From the NCBI GenBank assembly GCA_963851235.1, contig CAWKOM010000007.1:109429-173428 (forward strand): 64,000 nt of DNA. The letters run 5' to 3'. The notes beneath the pieces are model-generated. The model made no database searches. It was not told where the DNA came from and saw nothing but the letters and a program-made list of their open reading frames with translations. A program made the position numbers and the translations under genes. This DNA comes from an uncultured Acidobacteriota bacterium (GTDB taxonomy: Bacteria; Acidobacteriota; Terriglobia; Acidiferrales; UBA7541). Position 1 is the first letter of the stretch; the number at the start of each line of letters is the position of its first letter. This document shows, one piece after another, positions 63,721 through 64,000 of this stretch.

Positions 63721-64000
63721 TTCTCATGTTGCCTGCAAGAAACGCCGCTTGGTGTCCCGTCGTTCTCCATGACTTCTCCGTCCTCCGCGTTAAGAGAAAC
63801 CTTCGTCCCTGTCTCGATCTGAAATCCGTCAGGACGCGACAGATCCGCTCCTACCGGGCGCTGCTTTCATTCTTTCTTCAAAAAAACACAAAGTTAACTT
63901 CCCTCTTTTCAATCTCCTCCGCACTTTTCAAAAAAGCCCATTTCCGTAAACATCCCAATCTCAATCACTTGCGCACTCTTTTGCAAAACACCGGGAGTGG

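Noticed and set aside
1-64000. tRNA, rRNA, integrase, transposase or prophage genes
   Set aside because: No cloverleaf, rRNA-like tract or recombinase/transposase motif recognised by eye; a tRNAscan/Infernal run would be needed to exclude small RNAs.

Overview
About 50 genes from a GC-rich bacterium. The gene types (choice-of-anchor-D/ASH stalk proteins, He_PIG and Big_2 surface proteins, exosortase/EpsI, a tandem-domain ThyX) suggest Acidobacteriota; this is inference, not a database result. Layout: (1) 0.1-12.9 kb, four very large secreted proteins in two paralog pairs (beta-propeller heads on near-identical 324-bp repeat stalks; right-handed beta-helix proteins). (2) 13.1-46.3 kb, a Wzx/Wzy-type, exosortase (XrtA-system-like) polysaccharide locus. 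It carries flippase, polymerase/ligase, priming transferase, split Wzc, several glycosyltransferases including a GT4-GT2-deacetylase triple fusion, and an unusual tailoring set: two CapK-like adenylating ligases, a LarA-family racemase, a second deacetylase, methyltransferases, a GT-C membrane protein, and a translationally coupled ComA-ComB-ATP-grasp module predicted to make and ligate 3-sulfolactate. (3) 46.9-56.7 kb, an Ig-repeat surface protein and a sigma54/c-di-GMP hub (histidine kinase, enhancer-binding proteins, two stand-alone PilZ proteins, GGDEF-PilZ cyclase). (4) 57-64 kb, core-like genes (rpmE, PIN toxin-antitoxin, tandem ThyX, DUF2071, DCC). Reading the intergenic DNA gave six -24/-12 sigma54-type promoters, four with a shared 26-bp AT-rich IHF-like box upstream. 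The enhancer-binding protein heading the EPS operon has lost both GAFTGA and the Walker B Glu. Best candidate for an undescribed system: a sigma54-controlled pathway for sulfolactyl (sulfonate) decoration of a surface glycan. No rRNA, tRNA, CRISPR array or transposase was seen. All functional calls come from motif recognition by eye.
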